Positions 52,187-63,498 of a DNA stretch of 64,000 bases are shown here, piece after piece. Position 1 is the first letter of the stretch, and every line of letters begins with the position of its first letter. The stretch covers positions 21,055-85,054 of the forward strand of contig JBDOIT010000001.1 of assembly GCA_047404135.1 (NCBI GenBank). Reading direction: 5' to 3'. The notes beneath the pieces are model-generated. The model ran no database searches. It saw only the letters and a list, made by a program, of their open reading frames with translations, and was not told where the DNA came from. Source of the stretch: Rickettsiales bacterium (GTDB taxonomy: Bacteria; Pseudomonadota; Alphaproteobacteria; Rickettsiales; JABSSG01). Both the position numbers and the translations under genes were made by a program.

Positions 52187-53010
52187 CCGCATTAGGTCCA
52201 TACTCAATCACACAAAACTTGCTAGCGATATAAAGCCTTGCGGCTGCTAATAACTACAGGATTTTCTCCTAATTTGTGAGTGATTGCGTTTGGTTTTTTT
52301 AAAAATCTTGTTAACGCAAATACTACATTACCAAGATGCGCTTTAGGGTAGTCAGTTTTATTTTTCATATAAAATAAATAAGTTATCCCTATATACCAAT
52401 ATAATTTTAAATCGTAAATAAATCATTAATTTTATGATGTTTTTCTCCTTAATTTATAGATAGCCTTAGAAAGTCTTATTTGTATAAACATTTCCATCAA
52501 AGAGCTGACCTCACTTAATGTATACACAAAGAAGACACCTTTCTGTAAACGACCTCCTAGAGATAGTAACTTCTTTGAGGAAAGAAGAGAAAGTATCATG
52601 TATGTATATATAAATAACCAAATCATATTTCCTCCCACTGCGTTTATTAAATCCAGGATATCAAGACACCACTACTGTATAGACCTTATAGAATCTTCAT
52701 TAATTATATGGTTTTTAGTAAAAGCACCTGGTTTATAACAATTACTTATCTTGCATCTAAGATGTTTGAGCCCATATCTAGCGCGATGCAAGATAATTAG
52801 ATTGGCCGAAAGATTATAATCTTTCTAAATAATGTTATGCCTTAGACATAAATCTCATGGAGATAATGCCAGACCAAGACTGCATTTCTCTCTTAGCTCT
52901 CTGGCGATTGGTGAACAATGAGATTCTATAGTCACAGAATAACTGCGCGACCTTAATTGCTTTTTATTAAGGTTTCTTGAAAAAGATGCGTTTACACAAC
53001 ATTTGATGCG

Positions 53011-53793
53011 CTAAATATATATATTGCAAGATACTGGGATATGATCAGACGGAGAATCCTTACCACGCATTTGATGATCCATCTCAGAATCCTTCAATTT
53101 ATCTGCAGCCTCAGGGGACAAAAGCAGATGATCGATGCGCAAACCTTGGTTTTTATTCCATGCCCCCCTTCTATAGTCCCACCAGCTAAACTTCTGATTG
53201 TTAGGGTTTGTCATGCGGTAAGCGTCATACATACCGAGTGCAACTAAGGACCTAAGCTTCTTTCTTGCCTGAATATCAAAGAGTACAGTATCTGTAGTAT
53301 CCTCTACAGAATAAGTATCTATCTCTTCAGGTGCAACGTTAAAGTCACCCCCAATAACCAGAACTTCCTCGAACTCAAGCAACCCTGCCAAATGTTCCTT
53401 TAGAGAATCATAGAATTTCAGTTTATCTTGGAATTTATTAGAATCTAAACTATCCCCATTAGGAACATACACAGAAGCTACACGCACAGCCCCACCAGCA
53501 ACACTAATCACACCCTCAATATATCGTGCATGCTCTGGAAGAGGAGTATTAGGAAGGTCGGTATTAATATCATCAATAGGATGCAAGCTTAAAATAGCCA
53601 CACCATTAAAGGTTTTCTGACCATGAGTCGCGATATTATAACCCAAATCTTCAAACTCTTCTCTTGGGAAAAACTCATCCAAGCATTTTGTTTCCTGCAG
53701 AAGCAATACGTCTGGTTTATTTGCTTTTACCCATTCCAAAACAAGAGGCTTCCTCGTTCTAACGGAGTTTACATTCCAAGTAACAATTTTCAT
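53011..53793 (-). CDS. xth: Exodeoxyribonuclease III
   Basis: TWNVNS, LQETK, YVPNG, GDFNVAP, FSWWDYR and SDHIPV motifs. Confidence 0.96.
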   Translation of the reverse strand: MKIVTWNVNSVRTRKPLVLEWVKANKPDVLLLQETKCLDEFFPREEFEDLGYNIATHGQKTFNGVAILSLHPIDDINTDLPNTPLPEHARYIEGVISVAGGAVRVASVYVPNGDSLDSNKFQDKLKFYDSLKEHLAGLLEFEEVLVIGGDFNVAPEEIDTYSVEDTTDTVLFDIQARKKLRSLVALGMYDAYRMTNPNNQKFSWWDYRRGAWNKNQGLRIDHLLLSPEAADKLKDSEMDHQMRGKDSPSDHIPVSCNIYI

Positions 53794-53800
53794 ATAATAA

Positions 53801-54313
53801 CTATTTTAGAGTCTCCAAAAACGCCACCACGTCGGCAGCATCCTGAGGTTTTCTATACCCCGCAAAAGCCATCTTAGTTCCAGGGAGATACTTTCTAGGA
53901 CCATGAACAAACTTCAATAACTCCTCTGCATTCCAACTTCCACCTTTTGTGGCAAGTGCTTTTGAATACGAAAAATCATCTTTATGTGCTCTTTTTGCTC
54001 CTACTATTCCCCATAGATTTGGACCTACTTTATTCTTTCCACCAGAGTTAAAAGTATGACAGATTGCACATCTTTTGATATCCGCCTTACCTCTCGAAGC
54101 ATCAGCATTTGACATCAATGTAGCAATATCCAGAACTTCTGTCTTCTGTTTAACTGGACCTGCCTGGATATTCTCATGAACCTGAATTTGGTACCCCCTC
54201 TTGAATTCTTTATTTGGCTGATAAAGAATATCAGCAACATTGCTTACTATCATCACTGCTATACCTGATACAAGAACAGAGGCAGCTATTTTGTTGAATT
54301 CAAACCCATCCAT
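53801..54313 (-). CDS. cycM: Membrane-anchored cytochrome c (CycM-like)
   Basis: MDGFEFNK plus TM, CAICH, VGPNLWGI and PGTKMAFAG motifs. Confidence 0.9.
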   Translation of the reverse strand: MDGFEFNKIAASVLVSGIAVMIVSNVADILYQPNKEFKRGYQIQVHENIQAGPVKQKTEVLDIATLMSNADASRGKADIKRCAICHTFNSGGKNKVGPNLWGIVGAKRAHKDDFSYSKALATKGGSWNAEELLKFVHGPRKYLPGTKMAFAGYRKPQDAADVVAFLETLK

Positions 54314-54388
54314 TTGGTATAAAAAATTGAATCAGTGAGGTTACTTGATATTAAAGATTTTTCACATATCGTCAATAAAACTTATAGA

Positions 54389-55786
54389 TTATTTTATCCT
54401 CATTCTACAAACTCCATTGCCATACTTCTTGCACTCCTTACGCTTTCTAGCCGAAATCTCCTTAGCAGCTTCGTAAATTATGTAATCATATTTTGTAAGC
54501 TTGTCTAACTCACGATCGATTTCTGGGGTAATAGGTTCTCTTTTTATGGCCCGCTTTTCCTTTTCTACATTTTGTCCCAAGGAATTTTCTTTTTTTATTA
54601 TCCTTGGACGAGTAGTGTAATAAAAATCACAAAGTTCGTTAAAGTCTTCTTCATAACTTTCCATGAAACCAATAAAATCAAAGCTCTCAAGATAGCCAAG
54701 GGCTTCCTTTATATCTAAAGAAGAAAAATTATCCTCATACACAGACCCCCTATTGATTAAATATTTAATATATGCATTGTTAATTTTCATAGAATGAACC
54801 TGCACATTTTCTTTCATGGTGGGCTCTTTCTTCTTGCTAAGGTACTCTAATAAACTGGGCTCCTTCTCCTCCTTATTAAAATGTGAATTTACCTTCATAA
54901 AATAATAACTGGATAGCACGCGGTCCTTTGGATCTCTAAAAAAAATAAATTTAGAGGTATCTTTTACCCTAAGCTTTTTATAATCAAACCTAGTCAAATG
55001 TGTTTGGACATAAGGTTTGAGCCAATCTTTCGTTGCTAGACGTAAATAATGATCAAATTGATCCAAGCCAATTATTGACTCAGTATAATGTTTTGCCATT
55101 TGAATAGCTATCCCAGACCCCCCAGTTTTTGGTATGTGCATAAAATGAATTATCTCTTTATTCTCCACAATTCTCTTTCTTTGATTTGCTAGAAAGGATT
55201 CTTCTCCAGGCCTCATTACATAAATAGGGTATCTAACTAACAAACCGATGCTACCACTTTTAAAATAGATTCGATCTCTGTCCATAACGCGGGCTTTATT
55301 AGGGTAAGAAATAAGAGCACATACAATAACAAATACTACACCTAGCCAAGAATTCTTTCTAATTTTAAAGTTATAGCAAAAAACCAACAGAGCAGACAAT
55401 CCCCACACAATCCAACTCGCCATGAGAACCCTGTTGAAAACAAAATTTTCATGCGGAAAAACAAAAACACCTTCTATTTTATAAGTTGCGAAAGTCAAAG
55501 CAAAGAAACCTAAAGAAATAATCCATTGGCATAAAATTGACCTGGAATACTTTTTTCCAAATGACAAACAAAAACCACCTATAAGGAAATCACAAGCACA
55601 CAACAAAAGTAAATGCTTAAGAAAACTAACAGTAACACTTTTGAAAGGTTCCGTGTAAGAAACAAAAAAATCAAAAAAGAAAAAATAAAGGACGGCAGAC
55701 TTTAATACAGTAATCAGAATAGTGCTGCCAAATAGAATTGTACTTTTCTTAAAACTGACTTTTCCAAAAAAATCTTTGGTACTCAC
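54389..55786 (-). CDS. Multi-TM protein fused to a sulfotransferase family 2 domain
   Basis: About 5 TM segments, then FMHIPKTGGS (5'-PSB) and FFRDPKDRVLSSYYF (3'-PB). Confidence 0.8.
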   Translation of the reverse strand: MSTKDFFGKVSFKKSTILFGSTILITVLKSAVLYFFFFDFFVSYTEPFKSVTVSFLKHLLLLCACDFLIGGFCLSFGKKYSRSILCQWIISLGFFALTFATYKIEGVFVFPHENFVFNRVLMASWIVWGLSALLVFCYNFKIRKNSWLGVVFVIVCALISYPNKARVMDRDRIYFKSGSIGLLVRYPIYVMRPGEESFLANQRKRIVENKEIIHFMHIPKTGGSGIAIQMAKHYTESIIGLDQFDHYLRLATKDWLKPYVQTHLTRFDYKKLRVKDTSKFIFFRDPKDRVLSSYYFMKVNSHFNKEEKEPSLLEYLSKKKEPTMKENVQVHSMKINNAYIKYLINRGSVYEDNFSSLDIKEALGYLESFDFIGFMESYEEDFNELCDFYYTTRPRIIKKENSLGQNVEKEKRAIKREPITPEIDRELDKLTKYDYIIYEAAKEISARKRKECKKYGNGVCRMRIK

Positions 55787-55853
55787 ATCAAAACCCTTGC
55801 TCTTTATACAAAACCCTTTTATTTTCCTTGGAATATTAAGGTGTTATAAGAAA

Positions 55854-56144
55854 ATGTCAATAAGCAGAGAAACTGTTCTGAAAACTGCGAAACTTGCGCG
55901 GCTGAATATCAAGGAAGACCAAGTTGCAAGGTATGCAGAAGAACTCTCAAAGATTATAGATGTTGTGGATTCACTTCAAGAGGCAAACACAGATGGCATT
56001 GAGCCCTTAGTAAATGTAAACGAATCTGAAATTACTATGCGTAAAGATAATATTACAGACGGTTATTCCACAGAAAAAATACTAAAAAATGCTCCGAAGG
56101 AAAAATTTGAATATTTCATAGTGCCCAAGGTAATCGAGCAATGA
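55854..56144 (+). CDS. gatC: Asp/Glu-tRNA amidotransferase subunit C
   Basis: AKLARL, TDGIEPL, NAP and YFIVPKVIE motifs. Confidence 0.95.
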   Translation: MSISRETVLKTAKLARLNIKEDQVARYAEELSKIIDVVDSLQEANTDGIEPLVNVNESEITMRKDNITDGYSTEKILKNAPKEKFEYFIVPKVIEQ

Positions 56145-57619
56145 CAAAATTAACTTCTCTTTCAATCAAGCAGGCTCTAGAAGGACTTAAAAACAAACAA
56201 TTCTCATGTATAGAGCTTGCTGAAGAACATATCGCAGCTATGGAAAAACATCATGGCATGAATCTCTTCATCACTGAAACCTCAGATATGGCAAGAAACC
56301 AAGCTCATGAATCTGACAAAAAATATTCTGCTGGTAGAGAAGGAAACCTAGAAGGAATCCCTTTGGCAATAAAAGATATTTTCTGCACAACTGGTGTAAA
56401 AACAACAAACGCATCAAATATATTAAATGATTTCGTGCCACAATATGAATCCACAGTTACAGAAAAATTATTCTCTGAGGGCGCTGTAATGCTAGGAAAA
56501 GCTAATATGGATGAGTTCGCAATGGGTTCGGCAAATACATACAGCCATTTCGGCCCAGCAATAAACCCATGGAAAGAAACAGGTAGCAACGAAAGATTCG
56601 TCCCTGGAGGTTCCTCTGGTGCATCTGCAGCTGCCGTTGCTGCAAAAATTGCGATGGGGGCCACAGGAACAGACACAGGTGGGTCAGTCAGACAACCAGC
56701 TTCTTTCTGTGGTGTCGTTGGATTCAAACCCTCTTATGGAAGATGCTCTAGATATGGAATCATCTCATTTTCAAGTTCCCTTGACCAGGCAGGTGTCTTC
56801 GGAAGAGATGTTGAAGATACAGCATTATTAGCATTACAGACCATGGGGTATGACCCAAAAGATTCAACTTCAAGCGACACTCAATTACCGGACCTATCTT
56901 CCTCTATGAAAAAAGACTTAAAAGGCATGAAGATAGGAATACCCAAGGAATATTACTGCGATGGATTAGATAAAGAAACCGAAAAACTATGGGCCGACTC
57001 CATAGAAATACTCAAAAAAGAAGGTGCTAAGATAAAAGAAATAAGCCTACCCCATACTAAATATGGTATTGCAGCATATTATGTTATAGCCCCAGCTGAA
57101 GCTTCTTCTAATTATTCTAGATATGATGGTGTTCGTTACGGACTCAGAGAATTCAAGGAAGGGATGTCATTGGATGAAATGTATTCTGCCACACGAACAA
57201 AAGGGTTTGGACAGGAAGTGCAAAAAAGAATAATGATAGGAACATATGTGCTATCTTCCGCATATTACGATGACTATTTCCTTAAAGCTCAAAAAGTGCG
57301 CAGGTTGCTTGCAAACGACTTTGTAAATGCATTTAAGGATGTAGATGCGATTATAACTCCTACTGCTCCTACCCCAGCATTCTCACTAGATAATAAGGAT
57401 CAATTGGACCCTATCGCACTATATTTAAATGACTTATTCACAATCCCCGCAAGTATGGCTGGGTTACCTGCGATATCTATTCCAGGAAGATTAAATTCAA
57501 AAGGAATGCCTCTTGGAATACAGATCATAGGCAATAGATTTGATGAAGAATCAGTATTCACAACAGCAAAAACTTTAGAAAGATGCTTTGAGTTCAAGGC
57601 TTCTCCTGAGGGGTTTTAG
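56141..57619 (+). CDS. gatA: Asp/Glu-tRNA amidotransferase subunit A
   Basis: [19 protein letters not shown] and [12 protein letters not shown] motifs. Confidence 0.97.
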   Translation: MTKLTSLSIKQALEGLKNKQFSCIELAEEHIAAMEKHHGMNLFITETSDMARNQAHESDKKYSAGREGNLEGIPLAIKDIFCTTGVKTTNASNILNDFVPQYESTVTEKLFSEGAVMLGKANMDEFAMGSANTYSHFGPAINPWKETGSNERFVPGGSSGASAAAVAAKIAMGATGTDTGGSVRQPASFCGVVGFKPSYGRCSRYGIISFSSSLDQAGVFGRDVEDTALLALQTMGYDPKDSTSSDTQLPDLSSSMKKDLKGMKIGIPKEYYCDGLDKETEKLWADSIEILKKEGAKIKEISLPHTKYGIAAYYVIAPAEASSNYSRYDGVRYGLREFKEGMSLDEMYSATRTKGFGQEVQKRIMIGTYVLSSAYYDDYFLKAQKVRRLLANDFVNAFKDVDAIITPTAPTPAFSLDNKDQLDPIALYLNDLFTIPASMAGLPAISIPGRLNSKGMPLGIQIIGNRFDEESVFTTAKTLERCFEFKASPEGF

Positions 57620-57620
57620 T

Positions 57621-59057
57621 ATGAAAAAATCAGAATGGGAAGTAGTTATCGGTCTAGAAATTCATGCACAGGTATCCTCTAACAGCAAATTATTCTCAGG
57701 TGCATCTGCAGAATATGGAGGATCCCAAAATAACCATGTATCTCTTGTTGATGCCGCAATGCCCGGTATGCTACCTGTGTTGAATGCATTCTGTGTTGAA
57801 CAAGCAGTAAAAACTGGGCTGGGAATCAACGGAAGCGTACAAAATTTTTCTGCTTTCGATAGAAAAAACTATTTTTATGCAGACCTTCCACAAGGATATC
57901 AGATATCCCAATTCTACCACCCTATCGTTGAAGGTGGGTATATAGACATAGAAACTGAAGATAAAAATCCGAAGAGAGTGAACATCACCAGAATACACCT
58001 AGAACAAGATGCTGGTAAGAGTATACACGACCAAAGCCCGACAGAAAGCTATATAGATCTAAACAGATGCGGTGTTGCATTAATGGAAATTGTCACAGAC
58101 CCAGATATACGATCATCTTTCGAAGCATCGGAATTCTTAAAAAAAATCCGTAGCACCCTAAGATACCTTGAAACGTGCGATGGTAACATGGATAAAGGAT
58201 CCATGAGATGCGATGCCAATGTATCCATAAAAAAACCAGGAGACAAACTTGGAACAAGGTGTGAGATCAAAAATCTAAACTCCATTAAAAATGTTACAAA
58301 AGCAATCGAGTACGAAATCGAGAGACAAATCAGCATTGTAGAAAGTGGTGGAACAATAGATCAAGAAACCAGGTTATTTAACACAGATACCGGAGAAACA
58401 AAAACAATGCGATCAAAAGAAGATGCCCAAGACTACAGATACTTCCCAGATCCAGATCTTCTTCCTATTAGGCTTTCTGATGAATATATAAATCAAGTAA
58501 GAGTTACACTGCCAGAGCTACCCAATCAAAAGAAAGAGAGATACATTAATGACCTTGGTCTTACCCCATATGATGCTGGAGTAATATCAGAAGATAAAGA
58601 AATAGCTAGTTACTTCGAGGAAATACTAAAATCTGCAGGAGATGCAAAGCTTGCATCTAGTTGGCTAACCGTAGAATTATTCGGTAGGTTAAACAAAAAC
58701 TCCATCTCTTTCAGCGAGTGCAAGGTATCTCCATATAAGATGTCAGAACTTCTATCCTTAATAGAAGACAACACAATCTCTAGGAAAATAGCAAAAGAGG
58801 TATTTGATATCATGTTTGAAAAAGGAGCAAGCCCAGCTCAAATTGTAGAAGAAAAAGGCCTAAAGCAAATAGTTGATACAGATACAATCGAATCTGTAAT
58901 AGACGAAGTACTAAAAGCAAACTCAGATAAAGTAGCAGAATATAAATCCGGGAAAGATAAATTATTCGGATTCTTCGTAGGGCAAGCAATGAAAAAATCT
59001 GGAGGCAAAATAAACCCTCAGAATCTAAACGAGTTACTAGCGCAGAAACTGCAATAA
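57621..59057 (+). CDS. gatB: Asp/Glu-tRNA amidotransferase subunit B
   Basis: [26 protein letters not shown] and [10 protein letters not shown] motifs. Confidence 0.97.
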   Translation: MKKSEWEVVIGLEIHAQVSSNSKLFSGASAEYGGSQNNHVSLVDAAMPGMLPVLNAFCVEQAVKTGLGINGSVQNFSAFDRKNYFYADLPQGYQISQFYHPIVEGGYIDIETEDKNPKRVNITRIHLEQDAGKSIHDQSPTESYIDLNRCGVALMEIVTDPDIRSSFEASEFLKKIRSTLRYLETCDGNMDKGSMRCDANVSIKKPGDKLGTRCEIKNLNSIKNVTKAIEYEIERQISIVESGGTIDQETRLFNTDTGETKTMRSKEDAQDYRYFPDPDLLPIRLSDEYINQVRVTLPELPNQKKERYINDLGLTPYDAGVISEDKEIASYFEEILKSAGDAKLASSWLTVELFGRLNKNSISFSECKVSPYKMSELLSLIEDNTISRKIAKEVFDIMFEKGASPAQIVEEKGLKQIVDTDTIESVIDEVLKANSDKVAEYKSGKDKLFGFFVGQAMKKSGGKINPQNLNELLAQKLQ

Positions 59058-59248
59058 CCTAACGGAATAACTAGATTTTACGCTCCTTTGTGACATATCT
59101 GCAACAGCTTGCGACTAAACTTAAAATCACCCCTTAATTCTACTAATCCCTTGTCATATAAGGAATGTAGCGCACTCGTGCGTCATATTTCAATTATGTA
59201 TACCACCCCAAAATATATACTTATATGCGTTAACCCAAGTCTTTTTTC

Positions 59249-59277
59249 TTGACTGCCGTTAATAACTCAGTTACAAC
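59249..59277 (+). promoter_or_regulatory. Sigma70 promoter TTGACT-N17-TACAAC
   Basis: About 60 bp upstream of the OMP start. Confidence 0.45.
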
Positions 59278-59336
59278 CCCCTTCACTCGCGCAATTTAAC
59301 GCGTTAATTTTGTTTAATTTAATATAGGAAAAAACA

Positions 59337-59927
59337 ATGAAAAAAGTACTAGTATGTGCATCATTAATTGCTCTTTCTGCTTCAGCTTTTGCTTCAGACA
59401 CTAGTTCTAGTGTTTACTTAAGAGGTGATGTAGCAGCTTCTAAAGCAAATACAGCTGAGAAAACTTCAACAGGAGAGTCACGCAATCTTGATTGGCACAA
59501 ACCTGTTTACAGCGCTGGTGTTGGTTACAAATTTGATAATAATTTCAGAGCAGACGTTAACGCTCAGCTAAGAAATTCTTCAAAGAAAAATGTTACCGCA
59601 GAATACAAAAGTAAAACTGTTTTCCTAAACGGTTACTACGATTTTGACTCTAGTTCAATCTTCACACCTTATGTAACAGTTGGTGCTGGTTATACTCAGA
59701 ACACAATGGATAAACTTGCTACTGGAACAGAAAGTGTAAAAAGCAAAAACTTTGTTTACAATGCTGGTTTTGGTTCTAAAATTAACGTTGCTAAAGATGT
59801 TGACCTAGACTTAGGTTACAGATTTGTTGGTCTTGGAAAATTCAAATCCAAGAACGCTTCTGGAATCACAACTACTACAAAGACACACGCACAGGAACTA
59901 AGTGCCGGTGTGATCTTTAGCTTCTAA
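59337..59927 (+). CDS. Outer-membrane beta-barrel protein (OmpA-TM-like), likely highly expressed
   Basis: Signal peptide, GVGYKF..NFRADV, NGYYDF, PYVTVGAGY and terminal Phe; same family as 32817..33497. Confidence 0.9.
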   Translation: MKKVLVCASLIALSASAFASDTSSSVYLRGDVAASKANTAEKTSTGESRNLDWHKPVYSAGVGYKFDNNFRADVNAQLRNSSKKNVTAEYKSKTVFLNGYYDFDSSSIFTPYVTVGAGYTQNTMDKLATGTESVKSKNFVYNAGFGSKINVAKDVDLDLGYRFVGLGKFKSKNASGITTTTKTHAQELSAGVIFSF

Positions 59928-59948
59928 TCATTATTGATTTGAACTTAT

Positions 59949-59983
59949 GAAGAAAAAGGCTGAGTTTTCTTGGCCTTTTTTTC
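59949..59983. terminator. Bidirectional Rho-independent terminator
   Basis: AAAAAGGC...GCCTTTTTTT. Confidence 0.8.
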
Positions 59984-59991
59984 ACTAAAAA

Positions 59992-60282
59992 TTACTGAGT
60001 CTTTTTACAGTCGTATGATGGCAGGTCCCCTTTTTGATCTCCTAGTATACCTCTAGTCTCCACTAAATCTATTAAAATTTCTAAATCATGAGCAGCAAGA
60101 GTACCTGAATAACCTCCTCCTGCAAAACAACTCCATACCTGCTGAAAAAAACCCACCACAAAATCACTAGTAGAAGCGCAGGGCTCATTTACAGGAGGGA
60201 CAACAGAATCATCTACACCAGCATCACCATACTCACTAACAACATTACCACCATCATTATCTTTCTGCTCTTTCTTTTTCAT
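59992..60282 (-). CDS. Small hypothetical protein
   Basis: 96 aa ending at the terminator; contains ILGD near the C-terminus. Confidence 0.55.
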   Translation of the reverse strand: MKKKEQKDNDGGNVVSEYGDAGVDDSVVPPVNEPCASTSDFVVGFFQQVWSCFAGGGYSGTLAAHDLEILIDLVETRGILGDQKGDLPSYDCKKTQ

Positions 60283-60403
60283 AGAGTTTTTTTAGTAATT
60301 GAAAAGCTCACCCACTTTAAAGTCAACTATATTTTTACCTCTCGCTATTTCAGATTGGTATACTATACTAAACCACACAAATTACTGTGTTGTTTTTATT
60401 CAA

Positions 60404-60925
60404 ATGAGGTACAATAACAAAAATTTAGCACTGTCTCTTGCGATGCTCTTGGTCGGGATGATTCTCCTATCGTATGCATCCGTCCCTCTTTATAGTCTAT
60501 TCTGCAAAGTAACAGGATATGGTGGAACCGTAAAAAAAACAAAGCGTGTTGCAACACACAAAGGAACAAAAAAAATAAGAGTAAGATTTGATTCCAATGT
60601 TCATACAGATCTACCTTGGTCGTTCAAACCAGAACAAAAGTCTGTGGAATTAATTACCGGAGAAAACACATTGGTTTTCTATTCTGCTACAAATAATACT
60701 AATCAACCATCTATCGGCACAGCTGTATACAATGTGACCCCCCATAAAGCAGGAGTATATTTTAATAAAATCCAGTGTTTCTGCTTCGAAGAGCAGTTGC
60801 TAGAACCAAAACAACATGCTATGATGCCTGTATCTTTTTTCATAGACCCTGAGATAGAAAGAGACAAAGAGTTACAGGGCCTTAAGGAAATTACTCTTTC
60901 ATATACTTTTTATAAGATAGAATAA
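60404..60925 (+). CDS. ctaG: Cytochrome c oxidase assembly protein CtaG/Cox11
   Basis: YASVPLYSLFCKVTGYGG, YFNKIQCFCFEEQ and MPVSFFIDP motifs. Confidence 0.96.
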   Translation: MRYNNKNLALSLAMLLVGMILLSYASVPLYSLFCKVTGYGGTVKKTKRVATHKGTKKIRVRFDSNVHTDLPWSFKPEQKSVELITGENTLVFYSATNNTNQPSIGTAVYNVTPHKAGVYFNKIQCFCFEEQLLEPKQHAMMPVSFFIDPEIERDKELQGLKEITLSYTFYKIE

Positions 60926-61011
60926 AATTTTGTAATATTTTGTAATAAAACGTTATTTGATAAATAAGATAAAAAACCTTACTATTAATTACTATTAATG
61001 CTTTAGGTTGT

Positions 61012-61872
61012 ATGCAGCAAAAAACCGTAAAACATTCCGTAAGTTGTTTTGGTGTAGGAATCCATTCTGGAAAGCCTGCCTCTCTTACTATATACCCCGC
61101 ACCTGAGAATTCAGGTATTATATTCGTAAGAACAGATATCAAAAATCAACCAAATAGAGTAAAAGCACAATATAACTACGTCTCAAAAACAATTCTTGGT
61201 ACAACAATCTCAAACGAATCAGGAGTTGAAATTTCAATTATTGAGCATTTAATGGCAGCGTTATGGGGATGCAAGATAGATAATGCGCTTATAGAGCTAG
61301 ATGGACCAGAAATACCTATCATGGATGGTAGCTCTGAATCATTTGTGTTCATGGCAGAGTGTGCTGGTGTAAAAATACAAAATGCAACGAGAGAGTATAT
61401 AGAGATAACAAAGAAAATCAGAATAGAATATAACGACTCTTTTATAGAATTACTTCCTTCTGAATGTTTTTCTGCAGACACCACAATAGATTTCAAAGAC
61501 AGCATCATCTCAAAGCAAACTTATTCTTTTTCTGAGAAAGACAGCTCTTTTAAATATTCTCTTTCAAGAGCCAGAACTTTTGGAAACCAAGAAGACGCTG
61601 AATTACTAAAGAAACAAGGCCTAGCACAAGGTGCATCTATCGAAAATGCGGTTGTTATAAAAGACAACAAAATTCTGAACAAAGACGGACTACGATACAA
61701 AGATGAATTTGTCCGACATAAACTGTTAGATTTAATAGGCGACTTGTATTTAGCGGGCGCTCCTATTAAGGGACACATTAAAAGCCACAAGCCTGGACAC
61801 AAGATAAACAATAAAGCTCTCCATGCGTTATTTAGCGACCCTAGCTCCTACAAGCTCATTAAAGCCTCTTAG
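61012..61872 (+). CDS. lpxC: UDP-3-O-acyl-N-acetylglucosamine deacetylase
   Basis: GVGIHSG, IEHLMAAL, PIMDGSS, ARTFG and EFVRHKLLDLIGDL motifs. Confidence 0.97.
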   Translation: MQQKTVKHSVSCFGVGIHSGKPASLTIYPAPENSGIIFVRTDIKNQPNRVKAQYNYVSKTILGTTISNESGVEISIIEHLMAALWGCKIDNALIELDGPEIPIMDGSSESFVFMAECAGVKIQNATREYIEITKKIRIEYNDSFIELLPSECFSADTTIDFKDSIISKQTYSFSEKDSSFKYSLSRARTFGNQEDAELLKKQGLAQGASIENAVVIKDNKILNKDGLRYKDEFVRHKLLDLIGDLYLAGAPIKGHIKSHKPGHKINNKALHALFSDPSSYKLIKAS

Positions 61873-62251
61873 ACTCCCCCCATATACAATCTCTAGATTT
61901 TTCTCTAATTATTAGCTATTGAACTCCAACTACAAGCTCATTAAAAACTATCTTATATACCCTACAAAACAACAACGTCTTTAAGATTATTAAGATACAT
62001 TAGTAAATGCCTGATCCTTTGTACTGCCTTGTGCACAAGCCGTCCCGATAGAGCTTTGTGCGCCCTTCTTGCAACATTTGACCAGTAATTTTATTAATAA
62101 GACTTATGATACTAAGAAAAAAATGATCTCTTCAACAATACGACATGTTACAATTAACAATTGAGAACACAGCTCCAAACAAATACTCATTGGCAAACCA
62201 AAGCCTAAGAGTAGTTGTGCCTTTTTTAATGATTAGTGATGAGGCAAATCA

Positions 62252-62794
62252 ATGAAAATAGTAAAAACAACCACATCTTTATATAACCCAGAAACAGGAT
62301 CAGAATGCAACCACATAACAACAGATGGATTTTTTTGCGTCCAAGAGAACAGGTATAGCTATGTAGCTCCAGCAATGATATTCCTAGGATTTGCTCTCGT
62401 GGAGAAATACATTGTCAATGACGTTACAAAGCATGGAAAAACAATTGCACAATCTGTTACATTTGGATTTCTTGCAGTAGACTCCGTATCTAATTTTCTC
62501 TTTCCTAAAAAAGAAGAACTAAACCTCCCTCTTTCTGAAAGATATTCAGAAATTGTAAAGAATAGCACTCACTACGCTACTATTAATGAATTAAATGATC
62601 TCAGAGCACAGTTTAAAGCATTTTCTAAAGAATGCGAGAGTAGCCATGGATTCAAACCAGCTCCTCCTCCCGCTTTCACTGCTCTATACGCCTCTAAAGA
62701 TCACGTATTCATACCTCCTGATTTCGCTACTCTAGATGATGCACACTATAGCAACACCACTACTCCCCTTATAGGAGAAGAGATGTCCTCTTGA
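62252..62794 (+). CDS. Hypothetical protein with two hydrophobic segments; ends PLIGEEMSS
   Basis: GAGG SD; 180-aa ORF. Confidence 0.75.
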   Translation: MKIVKTTTSLYNPETGSECNHITTDGFFCVQENRYSYVAPAMIFLGFALVEKYIVNDVTKHGKTIAQSVTFGFLAVDSVSNFLFPKKEELNLPLSERYSEIVKNSTHYATINELNDLRAQFKAFSKECESSHGFKPAPPPAFTALYASKDHVFIPPDFATLDDAHYSNTTTPLIGEEMSS

Positions 62795-62835
62795 GTAAAT
62801 CATGCATAATATATGGGTGTATAATACAAGCAAAG

Positions 62836-62854
62836 GGTCTCTTAAACAGAGACC
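62836..62854. terminator. Hairpin between convergent genes
   Basis: GGTCTCT-TAAAC-AGAGACC. Confidence 0.55.
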
Positions 62855-62856
62855 TC

Positions 62857-63498
62857 TTATCTTTTCTTATATGAATTCTTGATTTTCTCAAGGAGGTCTA
62901 TTTTTTCTTCTTTACGAGAGTCCGTATACGCCTCTTGAATGTTTTGAGCAGCTTTCATCTCAAGCTTCTTTGTCTCTCTTTTAGTCAAATGGTCTCTACC
63001 AAGAATGGTAATTCCTACTCTTCTTGCCATCGCCCCTATATCACCTACAGAAGACTCCCCTTCTCCCCCTGCAATCACAGAAACTAAATGCCCTTCTTCA
63101 TATTCCAGAATATCGTATATATCTTCTATTACCTTATTGTTATTATCAACTCTATTAATCAATATAATTGCATCTAAGCCAGCTCTAGGAGTTAGCTCTA
63201 TAAGTCCGTTTTTCATTTTTCTGTACTCAAGCTTACTGCCGGATACCCTATAAAGGTAAATCCCTTCTTTGTCAGGATGCTCTACAGGGTCAATCTCCTT
63301 AAAGTGGTCCATTTTTATATATTCATAGATCTCTTTGTTAATATCATCTCTTCTATCACAACCCATAGACGATATAACGCGATTCACTTCTGTGATCTTG
63401 GCATCTTCATCATTAAACAATTCAGCGCGACAACCTTTCTGCTTAGCAACATATTCAAGTAAAAATTTTACTTTAACTGTAGAAAATACAATAATCAT
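62857..63498 (-). CDS. Hypothetical protein
   Basis: 213 aa; ATGA overlap with the upstream gene. Confidence 0.7.
   Translation of the reverse strand: MIIVFSTVKVKFLLEYVAKQKGCRAELFNDEDAKITEVNRVISSMGCDRRDDINKEIYEYIKMDHFKEIDPVEHPDKEGIYLYRVSGSKLEYRKMKNGLIELTPRAGLDAIILINRVDNNNKVIEDIYDILEYEEGHLVSVIAGGEGESSVGDIGAMARRVGITILGRDHLTKRETKKLEMKAAQNIQEAYTDSRKEEKIDLLEKIKNSYKKR

Noticed and set aside
52004-52195. 63-aa ORF
   Set aside because: Overlaps tRNA-Leu and is spurious.
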